From Actinomycetota bacterium (GTDB taxonomy: Bacteria; Actinomycetota; UBA4738): DNA of 64,000 nt. The position numbers and the translations under genes are program-made. Under the pieces are notes generated by a model that made no database searches, had not been told where the DNA came from, and saw only the letters and a program-made list of their open reading frames with translations. Every line of letters begins with the position of its first letter. Position 1 is the first letter of the stretch. The stretch is from the NCBI GenBank assembly GCA_050692195.1, contig JBOGVA010000093.1, forward strand, positions 5,459 to 69,458, in the 5' to 3' direction. Below are positions 50,781 through 59,828 of the stretch, piece by piece.

Positions 50781-51218
50781 TCAGGGTTGGTCCTCGAGCG
50801 GATGGCGCCACCTCAGCCCGGGGAACCGCGCGTAGTCACGATCGGTCGTGATCCACTCGCTTCCCGACTCGATGGCGAGAGCAGCGAGGTAAGCGTCCGG
50901 GACGAGGTTCCCCTTGACGCCGGCCGCACGGCACAGCCTCATGAAGATGCTCCAGTGCCGAGGGCCGGGAAGGACGAGGACGCTGTTCGGCTGGCTCCTG
51001 AGTTCCTCCACGAAGCGGATCGCGTGTCTCATTGGGCTCGGCACGGTGAAAACGCCTGGGTGGGTGACGACGCGGAGGAATCCGCTCAGGACGAGATCGG
51101 AGGTCCCATAGGCCGCGTCCGCGTTGACGGCGCCTTCCAGCCACTCTCGGTAGAGAGCATGGTCCGTCGCATCCTCACGGTAGGCGTAGACGAGGACGTT
51201 AACGTCGACCAGGAGCAT
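50781..51218 (-). CDS. vapC: Type II toxin, PIN-domain ribonuclease VapC
   Basis: MLLVDVNVLVYAY...(D5)...SDLVLSGFLRV...DAYLAALAIESGSEWITTDRDYARF; the acidic PIN residues are in the expected order. Confidence 0.88.
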   Translation of the reverse strand: MLLVDVNVLVYAYREDATDHALYREWLEGAVNADAAYGTSDLVLSGFLRVVTHPGVFTVPSPMRHAIRFVEELRSQPNSVLVLPGPRHWSIFMRLCRAAGVKGNLVPDAYLAALAIESGSEWITTDRDYARFPGLRWRHPLEDQP

Positions 51219-51456
51219 GGTCCTCCATCAAGTCGATCAGCGAGGCGATGTCATCGAGGTCCACACCCGGTTGGAGGCCCTTTCCGGCGAATGTGGGGAG
51301 CCTGGCGGGACGCTTCCTGCCCTCGCTGGCGCCACGGCGGGCGAGGACCTCTCGCAACGCGTCCTCGATCACCTTAGTCAGCGTGCGTCCGGTGCGTGTG
51401 GCCAGCTGCTTGGCTTCAGCGAGCAGCCCATCGTCAAGGCGGATCGTCGTTCTCAT
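51199..51456 (-). CDS. vapB: Type II antitoxin (VapB-type; DUF2191-like in my recollection)
   Basis: MRTTIRLDDGLLAEAKQLATRTGRTLTKVIEDALREVL... It overlaps vapC by 20 nt. I chose ATG 51456 over the track start at 51477. Confidence 0.82.
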   Translation of the reverse strand: MRTTIRLDDGLLAEAKQLATRTGRTLTKVIEDALREVLARRGASEGRKRPARLPTFAGKGLQPGVDLDDIASLIDLMEDHAPGRR

Positions 51457-51546
51457 GCATCGAAGCATACATTCCAAGCATCAATATGTCACGAGCCCCC
51501 GCCCCAGGATGGCTTCACCCCGCCATTCCGGGCCTCCTCAGCCGCG

Positions 51547-51576
51547 TTGACTCGCTGGCGGCCTCCTCGCTAGACT
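51547..51576 (+). promoter_or_regulatory. groES-groEL promoter
   Basis: TTGACT at 51547-51552, an 18-nt spacer, then TAGACT at 51571-51576, directly abutting the CIRCE element. Confidence 0.6.
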
Positions 51577-51577
51577 G

Positions 51578-51604
51578 TTAGCACTCTAAGGACCAGAGTG
51601 CTAA
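51578..51604 (+). promoter_or_regulatory. CIRCE operator (HrcA binding site)
   Basis: TTAGCACTC-taaggacca-GAGTGCTAA is a perfect match to the TTAGCACTC-N9-GAGTGCTAA consensus. It lies 15 nt upstream of groES. Confidence 0.93.
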
Positions 51605-51618
51605 GTAAGGAGGAGGGA

Positions 51619-51918
51619 ATGGCCAAGAAGTTCAGCCTGCAGCCGCTGGAGGACCGCGTGGTCGTCAAGCCCAGCGAGGAGGAGGAGACGACCGCCTCCG
51701 GCATCGTCATCCCGGACACGGCCAAGGAGCGGCCCCAGGAGGGCGAGGTCATCGCCGTCGGGCCCGGCCGGTTCGAGGACGGCAACCGGATCCCCATGGA
51801 CGTGAAGGCGGGGGACAAGGTCATCTATTCCAAGTACGGCGGCACCGAGGTCAAGGTCGAAGGTGAGGAGTACCTGATCCTCTCGGCCCGTGACGTTCTC
51901 GCCGTCATCAGCAAGTAG
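51619..51918 (+). CDS. groES: Co-chaperonin GroES
   Basis: [51 protein letters not shown]... Confidence 0.97.
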   Translation: MAKKFSLQPLEDRVVVKPSEEEETTASGIVIPDTAKERPQEGEVIAVGPGRFEDGNRIPMDVKAGDKVIYSKYGGTEVKVEGEEYLILSARDVLAVISK

Positions 51919-53556
<1,638 letters not shown>

Positions 53557-53579
53557 ACGCGCCGAAACACAGGAGCGTA

Positions 53580-53612
53580 ACGAAGGGGCAGGTTCATGAC
53601 CTGCCCCTTCGT
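53580..53612. terminator. Bidirectional hairpin terminator between groEL and the convergent secreted-protein gene
   Basis: ACGAAGGGGCAGGT (53580-53593), loop TCATG, ACCTGCCCCTTCGT (53599-53612). The stem is a perfect 14 bp and is followed by TATATAT. Confidence 0.8.
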
Positions 53613-53659
53613 ATATATGGAACGCAGGGAGGCCGCGGCCGCGCCCCCCGCTAGCTGCC

Positions 53660-54427
53660 CTAGACCGTGTCCTGATCGTTCTCCAGCGTCCGGTTCTCGT
53701 ACGTGAAGAGGTCGTAGTGGGCCTCCCCGCAGGAAGTCGGGGCAAATGAACACGAGTCGTCCACCAGCGAACCGGAGATGACTCGATGGTTGGGGAAGCC
53801 TGTCATGATGAATGCCTCGGCGGTGTCCCAGGTCATCGTCATTCCGCCACCGAGCTGCGACAGGTCCCAGCGCCCGATGTTGTCCGTCATGTCGATGATG
53901 TCCCACTCGCCGGTGATGCAGCCGGTCCCGAACGGAGCGTGCCCGACGTAGCCGAACGCATTTGCGTCGAAATCCCCGTCGCCGTCCGTGTCGATCGCCA
54001 CTTGGATTCGAGGTGAGCCGCCCGAGCACGTGCGGGGCGCCATCGGGAAGAAGTACTTGAGGTTGATCTGGTGGTCGAGCGCCCCGATCTTGAAGCCGGG
54101 GGGCGTGTTCCTAAACGCGACGCCGATCCCTGCGGGATAAGCCATCGTGGTGACGACCGAGATCGTATCGTTCGTCGGATTCTGCGGATCCTGGTCGTCC
54201 AACATCGCGAACAGGAGCTCGAACTTGTGGCCAAGCCCCGGAAGCTCCTCCTGCGTACTTTCCGGATTGCTCAAGGGCCCCAGATCGGTAGTGGCCAAGA
54301 CGAGCTTTCCGATCCAATCGGGAATTTCGTTGTCCTCCGCTTGCCCAGCCGGCATCATGGCCAGCAGAATCAGCAGAGCGAGCAGCGGGATGGCGAAGCG
54401 CGGTCGGATTGTCCTTTTCGTCTTCAT
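53660..54427 (-). CDS. Secreted hypothetical protein with a DxDxDG-type acidic loop
   Basis: ATG 54427 has GAGGGGG 6 nt upstream. Signal peptide MKTKRTIRPRFAIPLLALLILLAMMPAGQA/ED. It contains IDTDGDGDFD and several Cys pairs. No family recognised. Confidence 0.7.
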   Translation of the reverse strand: MKTKRTIRPRFAIPLLALLILLAMMPAGQAEDNEIPDWIGKLVLATTDLGPLSNPESTQEELPGLGHKFELLFAMLDDQDPQNPTNDTISVVTTMAYPAGIGVAFRNTPPGFKIGALDHQINLKYFFPMAPRTCSGGSPRIQVAIDTDGDGDFDANAFGYVGHAPFGTGCITGEWDIIDMTDNIGRWDLSQLGGGMTMTWDTAEAFIMTGFPNHRVISGSLVDDSCSFAPTSCGEAHYDLFTYENRTLENDQDTV

Positions 54428-54629
54428 CGAAGACCCCCTCACTCTCCTGCTTCCTACTGAGTCGTTGGTCCGCAGCAACCCAAAGGCCTGGGTCCCCGAA
54501 CGATGCATCCACCTCCTCCCCGCGCTGGAGAGGCCGGGCTGCCGCCGGATCGCCGCATGGTAACTAGTGCTGGGTATGCAGTCAAATGAGGGGGGTTATC
54601 CCGTTGACACAACTTAGCCTAACCAGTCC

Positions 54630-55235
54630 GTGCTACGATTCGGCGCGATGGCAACGCTGTGGAAGTTGCTCCGGTGGGCTGGGGCCACAGTGAGCGGGCT
54701 CATGACGTTCTTTGGCGTGTCAGGTATCCAGGTGACCGACTGGTTCGGAAACCATCAGGAACTCTTGCGAACTCTATTAGTCTTTTTTGGGGCCATCGGG
54801 TTCCTTGCCTTTACAGTGGGTCCGAAGCTATATCGCCGCTCCGACTTCGCCACCAAGGCCGCGAGCCCGCGCTTTGAAGGTCGAAACGTTCACCCCGAAA
54901 GGAACGACTGGATACCGGGGCACGAAACCGACCCCGAGGGGGGACTCGTTCTGACCCTGGAGAAACGCGCATTCGGAGAGTTTGACCACCTCGTTTGCTT
55001 TGTCACGGATGAGAACGATGCGATGGCGGCGGAGCATGCCGCGACCGTAGGGATCGACAACCCGTTTCCCCCTCAGCAGGGTACGTCCATCGGCTGGCAC
55101 ACACTCCGTGTCCCGTACCCGGAGCGTTTCGATGATGCCTTCGATCTCCCCGTGGGTCGCCCTTGCTTCGTGTTCTGGATGGACAAGGGCTCGCCGCAAT
55201 GGGTCGCTGTCTACGAGGTCACTCGTGTTGCGTAG
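54630..55235 (+). CDS. Hypothetical 2TM membrane protein (passenger ORF inside the IS)
   Basis: Two N-terminal hydrophobic helices (WAGATVSGLMTFFGVSGI; LLVFFGAIGFLAFTVGP) and a soluble domain of about 130 aa. The start is GTG 54630 or ATG 54648. The 3' end overlaps the transposase 3' end by 17 nt. Confidence 0.6.
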   Translation: MLRFGAMATLWKLLRWAGATVSGLMTFFGVSGIQVTDWFGNHQELLRTLLVFFGAIGFLAFTVGPKLYRRSDFATKAASPRFEGRNVHPERNDWIPGHETDPEGGLVLTLEKRAFGEFDHLVCFVTDENDAMAAEHAATVGIDNPFPPQQGTSIGWHTLRVPYPERFDDAFDLPVGRPCFVFWMDKGSPQWVAVYEVTRVA

Positions 55236-56235
55236 CGGTCAATTCCTCGTAGGACAGCGCGTCGGCCTTGATGAGCGCGAGCAGCGTGTCCCGAAACAGG
55301 TAGGGGTTCTCGCGGTTATTGAACCGGAAGCTGAATTCGTCCAGGTAGGCGGGCAGGTGTTTGGCGGAAAGCTGGTGGTAGCTTCCGATGATGGACCGCT
55401 TAAGCAGAGACCACGCCGACTCCACGTTTTGAGTCCCCACGTCGCCGCGGACCCATTCCTCAGCCGAGTGATCAACCGTCTCATGGCGCGTGTTCGCGTC
55501 CGCGATCCCCTTGTAGCCCTTGTGCTGGTCCGTGTAGATCGCTGTCGCGGTCTCGGCCACAACGTCACGGAGGAAGGAATGCAGGACCCTTGTGGTGGCT
55601 TGGGTCCCGCGCTTGGTGGCGCGGAGCCTGATCCTGCCGTCTCTCTGGATCGCTCCGAGCACCATCGTCTTGTTGTCGAGAGCGCGCTGATGACCGATGC
55701 CCCGCCGCTTCCCGCCGACGTAGGTCTCGTCCGCCTCCACAATCCCGCTGAGCAATTCGACTGTGGCCTCTTTCATGGCCCATCTGATGCGGTGACACAG
55801 ATACCAAGCGGTCCCGTAGGAAACTTCGAGCGTTCGCTTCAGTTGGTTCGCGCTCATGCCCTTCTTGGACTCGCACATGAGGTAGGTGGCGAGGAACCAC
55901 TTCCACAGCGGAAGGTGGGAGTCGTGGAACACAGTCCCGGACTTGACCGAGAATTGGTAGCCGCATGACAGGCAATCGAACTGCTCACGCTTCCCGCGAA
56001 CCTCGCCCTTCTTGTGCTTCCCGTCCTTGGTGTCGCGGCGATACCTGGTCGCTGTCTGGATTCGAGAGATACGGTCGAAACCACAGTTTGGGCAACGCAC
56101 GCCGTCCGGCCAGCGGAGCCCTTCGAGGTAGGCGCGGCTCCTATCCTCATCAGCGAATTGCTCGATCAGCTTCACAAGGCTCATTGCTCCGCGATCCCTG
56201 TTCACCCTTGCGTTGTGCGCCTTGCTGGCATCCAT
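55219..56235 (-). CDS. IS1595-family transposase
   Basis: Zinc ribbon ...GVRCPNCGFDR...FDCLSCGYQFSVKSGTVF... followed by the ISXO2-like core ...IVEADETYVGGKRRG...IYTDQHKGYKGI...VESAWSLLKRSIIGSYHQLSAKHLPAYLDEFSFRFNNR. ATG 56235 has GGAGGA 9 nt upstream. Confidence 0.9.
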   Translation of the reverse strand: MDASKAHNARVNRDRGAMSLVKLIEQFADEDRSRAYLEGLRWPDGVRCPNCGFDRISRIQTATRYRRDTKDGKHKKGEVRGKREQFDCLSCGYQFSVKSGTVFHDSHLPLWKWFLATYLMCESKKGMSANQLKRTLEVSYGTAWYLCHRIRWAMKEATVELLSGIVEADETYVGGKRRGIGHQRALDNKTMVLGAIQRDGRIRLRATKRGTQATTRVLHSFLRDVVAETATAIYTDQHKGYKGIADANTRHETVDHSAEEWVRGDVGTQNVESAWSLLKRSIIGSYHQLSAKHLPAYLDEFSFRFNNRENPYLFRDTLLALIKADALSYEELTATQHE

Positions 56236-56250
56236 CGTTAGGAGTCCTCC

Positions 56251-56418
56251 ATGCCTAGAAAGCCGAAGCAGCCGCAAGAGCTGACCACGGATGAGGCCAT
56301 GCGTCGGTTGTTCGGGCGGAAGGGACTAGCCGAGGCGAAACGGGCCGCGAACCCTCCCGAGAAGGGAACCGCCAGAACGCCAAAACGCAAGGTCAAGTCC
56401 ACTAAGGGACAATTCTAA
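56251..56418 (+). CDS. Small basic ORF (55 aa) divergent from the transposase, inside the IS
   Basis: My hand translation is MPRKPKQPQELTTDEAMRRLFGRKGLAEAKRAANPPEKGTARTPKRKVKSTKGQF*. GGAG lies 6 nt upstream. It is too short for the ORF track. Coding status is unproven. Confidence 0.35.
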   Translation: MPRKPKQPQELTTDEAMRRLFGRKGLAEAKRAANPPEKGTARTPKRKVKSTKGQF

Positions 56419-56490
56419 TGACTAAGCTGTGTTGTGTCAAGTGGATAACCCCCCAAATGAGACTAGTCCCTACGCGAATACGCAAGCTGG

Positions 56491-57141
56491 TCAGGCCACC
56501 GCATCGTGGTGGAAGATCGAGCAGGGCCCTACTCTTGAGCCACCGGCTCGCTGGGGGCCTCCGTCTGCGGCGCCTCGACCGGGTGAACGCCCACGCCGAA
56601 CTGCCTCTGCCTGCGGGTCCAGGTGCGCTCGCCCATCTCGGGAGACTCGGCCGGACAGCTTGTCCATTCGCTCGCGCAGGTTGTCGAGGTACTTCTTGGG
56701 ATCCCCCCTGGACTCCGGGTACGTCGGATGGAGCGCGATCATCAAGGCGATCTCGCGGCGTATCGCTCCCCACCGGGTAGCGGCCACGCGGTGTTTCTCG
56801 GCCCGCTCGGAGAAGCGGAGGAACGTCTGGAGGCTGGCCAGGACCGCCGCCGCCACGCTGACCATGCCGACCGTGATGGCGAAGGGAACCGAGCGTTCGT
56901 CCTGCAGGGTGGCGAAGACGCTGGTTCCGACGAACGTGGTGAACATGACCACGGGCACCCCGAGCATCACGTTGTACTTCGCCAACCTTCCGGCGATCAG
57001 GTAGTGCGTGGAGGCGCTGGCGGCGGCTCGGTTGCCCCAGTCCTGGAGGAGCTCGAGGATCGTTGCGGTCCACGGAGACGAGTCGGTCCTTTCGGGCAAG
57101 TCGATGCGCTCCTCGGTTGCAGTGGTCTTGGCCTCATCCAT
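56491..57141 (-). CDS. SLATT-like 2TM protein; the 3' end is probably frameshifted
   Basis: ...THYLIAGRLAKYNVMLGVPVVMFTTFVGTSVFATL...VPFAITVGMVSVAAAVLASLQTFLRFSERAEKHRVAATRWGAIRREIALM... This is two TM helices plus a conserved amphipathic helix, as I recall for SLATT/DUF4231-type proteins. After ...MDKLS the third-position G+C collapses in this frame and rises in the +1 frame, which ends at 56529. Confidence 0.6.
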   Translation of the reverse strand: MDEAKTTATEERIDLPERTDSSPWTATILELLQDWGNRAAASASTHYLIAGRLAKYNVMLGVPVVMFTTFVGTSVFATLQDERSVPFAITVGMVSVAAAVLASLQTFLRFSERAEKHRVAATRWGAIRREIALMIALHPTYPESRGDPKKYLDNLRERMDKLSGRVSRDGRAHLDPQAEAVRRGRSPGRGAADGGPQRAGGSRVGPCSIFHHDAVA

Positions 57142-57235
57142 GGCTCCCCCTAATGGCGCGACATGCCGAGCGTTTTCCCTGAGGCTTGAATTGTCAATAC
57201 CGGACTTCGGGGGTTCTTGGCGGCCCCCGGCAGAC

Positions 57236-57661
57236 TCACGGAAGGGGCTGCTCGCGCGAAGAGACGAACAGGCCGTACAGCAGCGCCAGCGAGAAGGCCA
57301 GGGCCACAGCCGAGAAAAGCCACCACATCAGGCTCGACTGGTTGACCGATAACCCGAACGCGGCGTTCAACAGGACCACGGCCGTAGAGACCGCGGTCAT
57401 GAACGCGAACGTCCACGACCACCACCACAGCTCCTCGATGCGGTGAGCCACCAGCACCATGAGCATGGCCAGGGCGACCGCATGTACGCCGAACAGGCGC
57501 AGCCACGCGTATTCCTGGCTCTGTGGCTGGTCGAACAGTGTGACCAGGACGAATCGGGGGGCCACGGCGATGGCCAACCCTGCAAAGCCCCATACGGCTG
57601 CCTGCAGGTAGAGCGTCCGCCTCAACGCGTTCACGGCTTCGGTACAATACCTGCGCTTCAC
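57236..57661 (-). CDS. Hypothetical 4TM integral membrane protein
   Basis: Four hydrophobic helices and a Trp-rich segment (EELWWWSWTF, LMWWLF). The start is uncertain: GTG 57661, GTG 57634 or TTG 57625. The track start at 57859 would overlap the divergent gene at 57740 and its RBS. Confidence 0.6.
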   Translation of the reverse strand: MKRRYCTEAVNALRRTLYLQAAVWGFAGLAIAVAPRFVLVTLFDQPQSQEYAWLRLFGVHAVALAMLMVLVAHRIEELWWWSWTFAFMTAVSTAVVLLNAAFGLSVNQSSLMWWLFSAVALAFSLALLYGLFVSSREQPLP

Positions 57662-57739
57662 CGGAGCGCGGAGCCCCAGTGCCCGCGCTCCTTTTCGGAG
57701 GTCGTTTCCTCGCGCGAACCATGCCCGTAGGAAGGAAGG

Positions 57740-59131
57740 ATGGCTCAAGGTCCACGCGTAGCGATCATCGGACTGGACTGCGGGACACCACAGCTCCTGT
57801 TCGAGCAGCTCGCCGACGAGATCCCCAACATCAGCGAGCTGATGGGGCGCGGGATGCACGGGGAGCTGGCCAGCGTAGTCCCTCCCATCACCATCCCGGC
57901 GTGGGCCTGCGCCATGTCGGGGAAGACTCCCGGACAGCTCGGCGTGTACGGCATGCGCAACCGCAAGGACAACAGCTACGAGGGACTCTCCCTGGCCACC
58001 AGCGGCGCGATCAATGAGCCACAGGTATGGGACCTGCTAGGGCGCCGAGGCATGAAGTCCCTCCTCATCGGGGTTCCGCCGGGGTACCCGCCCAGGCCGA
58101 TCGAGGGCTGGCGCGTCTCGTGCTTCCTGACCCCGCCCTCGGCCAAGAGCTTCACCTACCCCGAGGAGCTCCGGGCCGAGATCGATGAGGAGCTGGGCGG
58201 CAAGGACTACATCTTCGACATACCGAAGTATCGGGAGAAGGGCGAGGAGGTCGTGCTGGAGCAGGTCTTCGCCATGACCGAACGCAGGTTCAAGGTGGCC
58301 CGCCGGCTGGTGAGGACCAAGCCGTGGGACTTCTTCATGCTCGTCGAGATGGGGCCGGATCGCCTGCACCACGTCTTCTGGCAGCACTTCGACCCCCAGC
58401 ACCCGAAGCACGAGCCCGGCAACAAGTTCGAGACGGCATTCCAGGACTACTACAGGTACCTGGACAAGGAGGTCGGCTCCCTCCTTGGTGCGCTTCCGGA
58501 TGATGCCGTGGTCGTCCTGATGTCAGACCACGGAGCCAGGCGCATGGTGGGTGGCGTGTGCTTCAACGAATGGCTGTCGGCCGAAGGCTATCTTCGGTTC
58601 ACGAAAGAGTTGGGCGAGCCGACGGCTATCTCCCGGGCCCCGGTCGACTGGGGCAACACGGTGGCCTGGGGGGACGGAGGCTACTACGGCCGGCTGTTCC
58701 TGAACGTCAAGGGGCGGGAGCCCGACGGAGTGGTGGAGCCGTCCCGCTACGACGAGGTCCGCGACGAGCTGGCGCAGAAGCTAGAGTCGATGGACGGTCC
58801 GGAGGGCGGGAGGCTCGGGACCAAGGTGTTCAGGCCCCAGGACGTCTACCCCGAGGTCCGCGGCGTCGCGCCCGACCTCATCGTGTATTTCGGAGATCTG
58901 GAGTGGCGCTCGGTCGGGCAGGTGGGGACGGGGGAGATCTTCACCTACGAGAACGACACGGGCCCGGACGGGGCGAACCACGATCCGATGGGAGTGTTCG
59001 CCGTCACCGGCGTTCCCGGGCAAGGGACCGGGCGCCGGGAGGGCCTGCGGCTCGTCGACGTGGGGCCCTCGATCCTTTCGCTGTACGGCCTGGGGGCCCC
59101 CGAAGGGGCTCAGGGAAGGAGCTTCCTGTGA
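57740..59131 (+). CDS. Alkaline-phosphatase superfamily protein (type I phosphodiesterase / nucleotide pyrophosphatase-like)
   Basis: ...[11 protein letters not shown]... (metal Asp and nucleophile Thr region) and ...[11 protein letters not shown]... (DHG metal site). Strong RBS GGAAGGAAGG. 463 aa. Confidence 0.75.
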   Translation: MAQGPRVAIIGLDCGTPQLLFEQLADEIPNISELMGRGMHGELASVVPPITIPAWACAMSGKTPGQLGVYGMRNRKDNSYEGLSLATSGAINEPQVWDLLGRRGMKSLLIGVPPGYPPRPIEGWRVSCFLTPPSAKSFTYPEELRAEIDEELGGKDYIFDIPKYREKGEEVVLEQVFAMTERRFKVARRLVRTKPWDFFMLVEMGPDRLHHVFWQHFDPQHPKHEPGNKFETAFQDYYRYLDKEVGSLLGALPDDAVVVLMSDHGARRMVGGVCFNEWLSAEGYLRFTKELGEPTAISRAPVDWGNTVAWGDGGYYGRLFLNVKGREPDGVVEPSRYDEVRDELAQKLESMDGPEGGRLGTKVFRPQDVYPEVRGVAPDLIVYFGDLEWRSVGQVGTGEIFTYENDTGPDGANHDPMGVFAVTGVPGQGTGRREGLRLVDVGPSILSLYGLGAPEGAQGRSFL

Positions 59132-59703
59132 CGTATCAACCAGAGCAGAAGGGCTTCACGGTGTGGTTCACGGGCTTGTCGGGAGCGGGCAAGTCCACCT
59201 TGGGCGAGATGCTCTTCCACGAGCTGAAGAAGCGAGACACGAAGGTCGAGATGCTCGACGGCGACATCGTCCGCACGAACCTCTCCAAGGGCCTCGGGTA
59301 CTCCAAGGAGGACCGGGACACGAACATCCTGCGGATCGGGTTCGTCGCCCAGCTCCTCACCCGGAACGGGGTGGCGGTGATCGTCTCGGCCATCTCTCCG
59401 TACAGGGAGGCTCGCAACCAGGTCCGGTGGATGATCGGGGACTTCGTTGAGGTGTTCGTCCACGCGACGGTGGAGGAGTGCGCCCGGCGGGACGTGAAGG
59501 GTCTGTATGCGAAGGCAATCGCCGGTGAGATCAAGGGGTTCACGGGGGTGGACGACCCTTACGAGCCCCCCTCCAGTCCGGAGCTCTACCTCCACACGAT
59601 GGAGGAGGCTCCCGAGGAGTCGCTTCAGCACGTGTTGGACAAGCTCCACGAGCTGGGATACATCGAGGAGAACTCCCGGCTCCATGTCCCCGACCACCTG
59701 TAG
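59128..59703 (+). CDS. cysC: Adenylyl-sulfate (APS) kinase
   Basis: ...[18 protein letters not shown]...LDGDIVR...[20 protein letters not shown]...ISPYREAR...[12 protein letters not shown]... GTG 59128 overlaps the upstream stop (GTGA), and the RBS is GGGAAGGAG. Confidence 0.92.
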   Translation: MTYQPEQKGFTVWFTGLSGAGKSTLGEMLFHELKKRDTKVEMLDGDIVRTNLSKGLGYSKEDRDTNILRIGFVAQLLTRNGVAVIVSAISPYREARNQVRWMIGDFVEVFVHATVEECARRDVKGLYAKAIAGEIKGFTGVDDPYEPPSSPELYLHTMEEAPEESLQHVLDKLHELGYIEENSRLHVPDHL

Positions 59704-59766
59704 CCGGCTCGGCTCGGCCGTCGACGGGACGCGCTCCTCCTGCTACCGTTCAGCCATGCACGTTCC

Positions 59767-59795
59767 GAACGCCTGCCCTTCCCGGGCGGGCGTTC
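59767..59795 (+). terminator. Hairpin after cysC (no U-tract)
   Basis: GAACGCCTGCCC (59767-59778), loop TTCCC, GGGCGGGCGTTC (59784-59795). The stem is 12 bp with one G-U pair. Confidence 0.5.
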
Positions 59796-59828
59796 CTCGC
59801 ATCTAGAGGGGACCCCGGGAGGCTGAAC

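Larger units (their letters stand above)
54581..56463. mobile_element. IS1595-family insertion element of about 1.9 kb carrying extra ORFs; boundaries approximate
   Basis: Imperfect terminal inverted repeats: gtcaaatgaGGGGGGTTATCCcgTTGACACAACttagc (54581-54618) versus the reverse complement of 56426-56463, gtctcatttGGGGGGTTATCCacTTGACACAACacagc. I count 30 of 38 positions identical, including 22 of 24 in the core. They enclose a transposase with a zinc ribbon and an ISXO2-like domain. Confidence 0.7.

Noticed and set aside
54565-56475. Target-site duplication flanking the IS1595 element
   Set aside because: The 8 nt outside the proposed ends (ggtatgca and tagtccct) do not match. The shared ACTAGT hexamers are offset differently from the two repeats. 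I could not confirm a duplication, so the element ends are approximate.
57662-57859. Long N-terminal version of the 4TM protein
   Set aside because: It would overlap the divergent AP-family gene and its RBS by 120 nt. The extension has no TM segments or coding-like features. The exact start remains uncertain.
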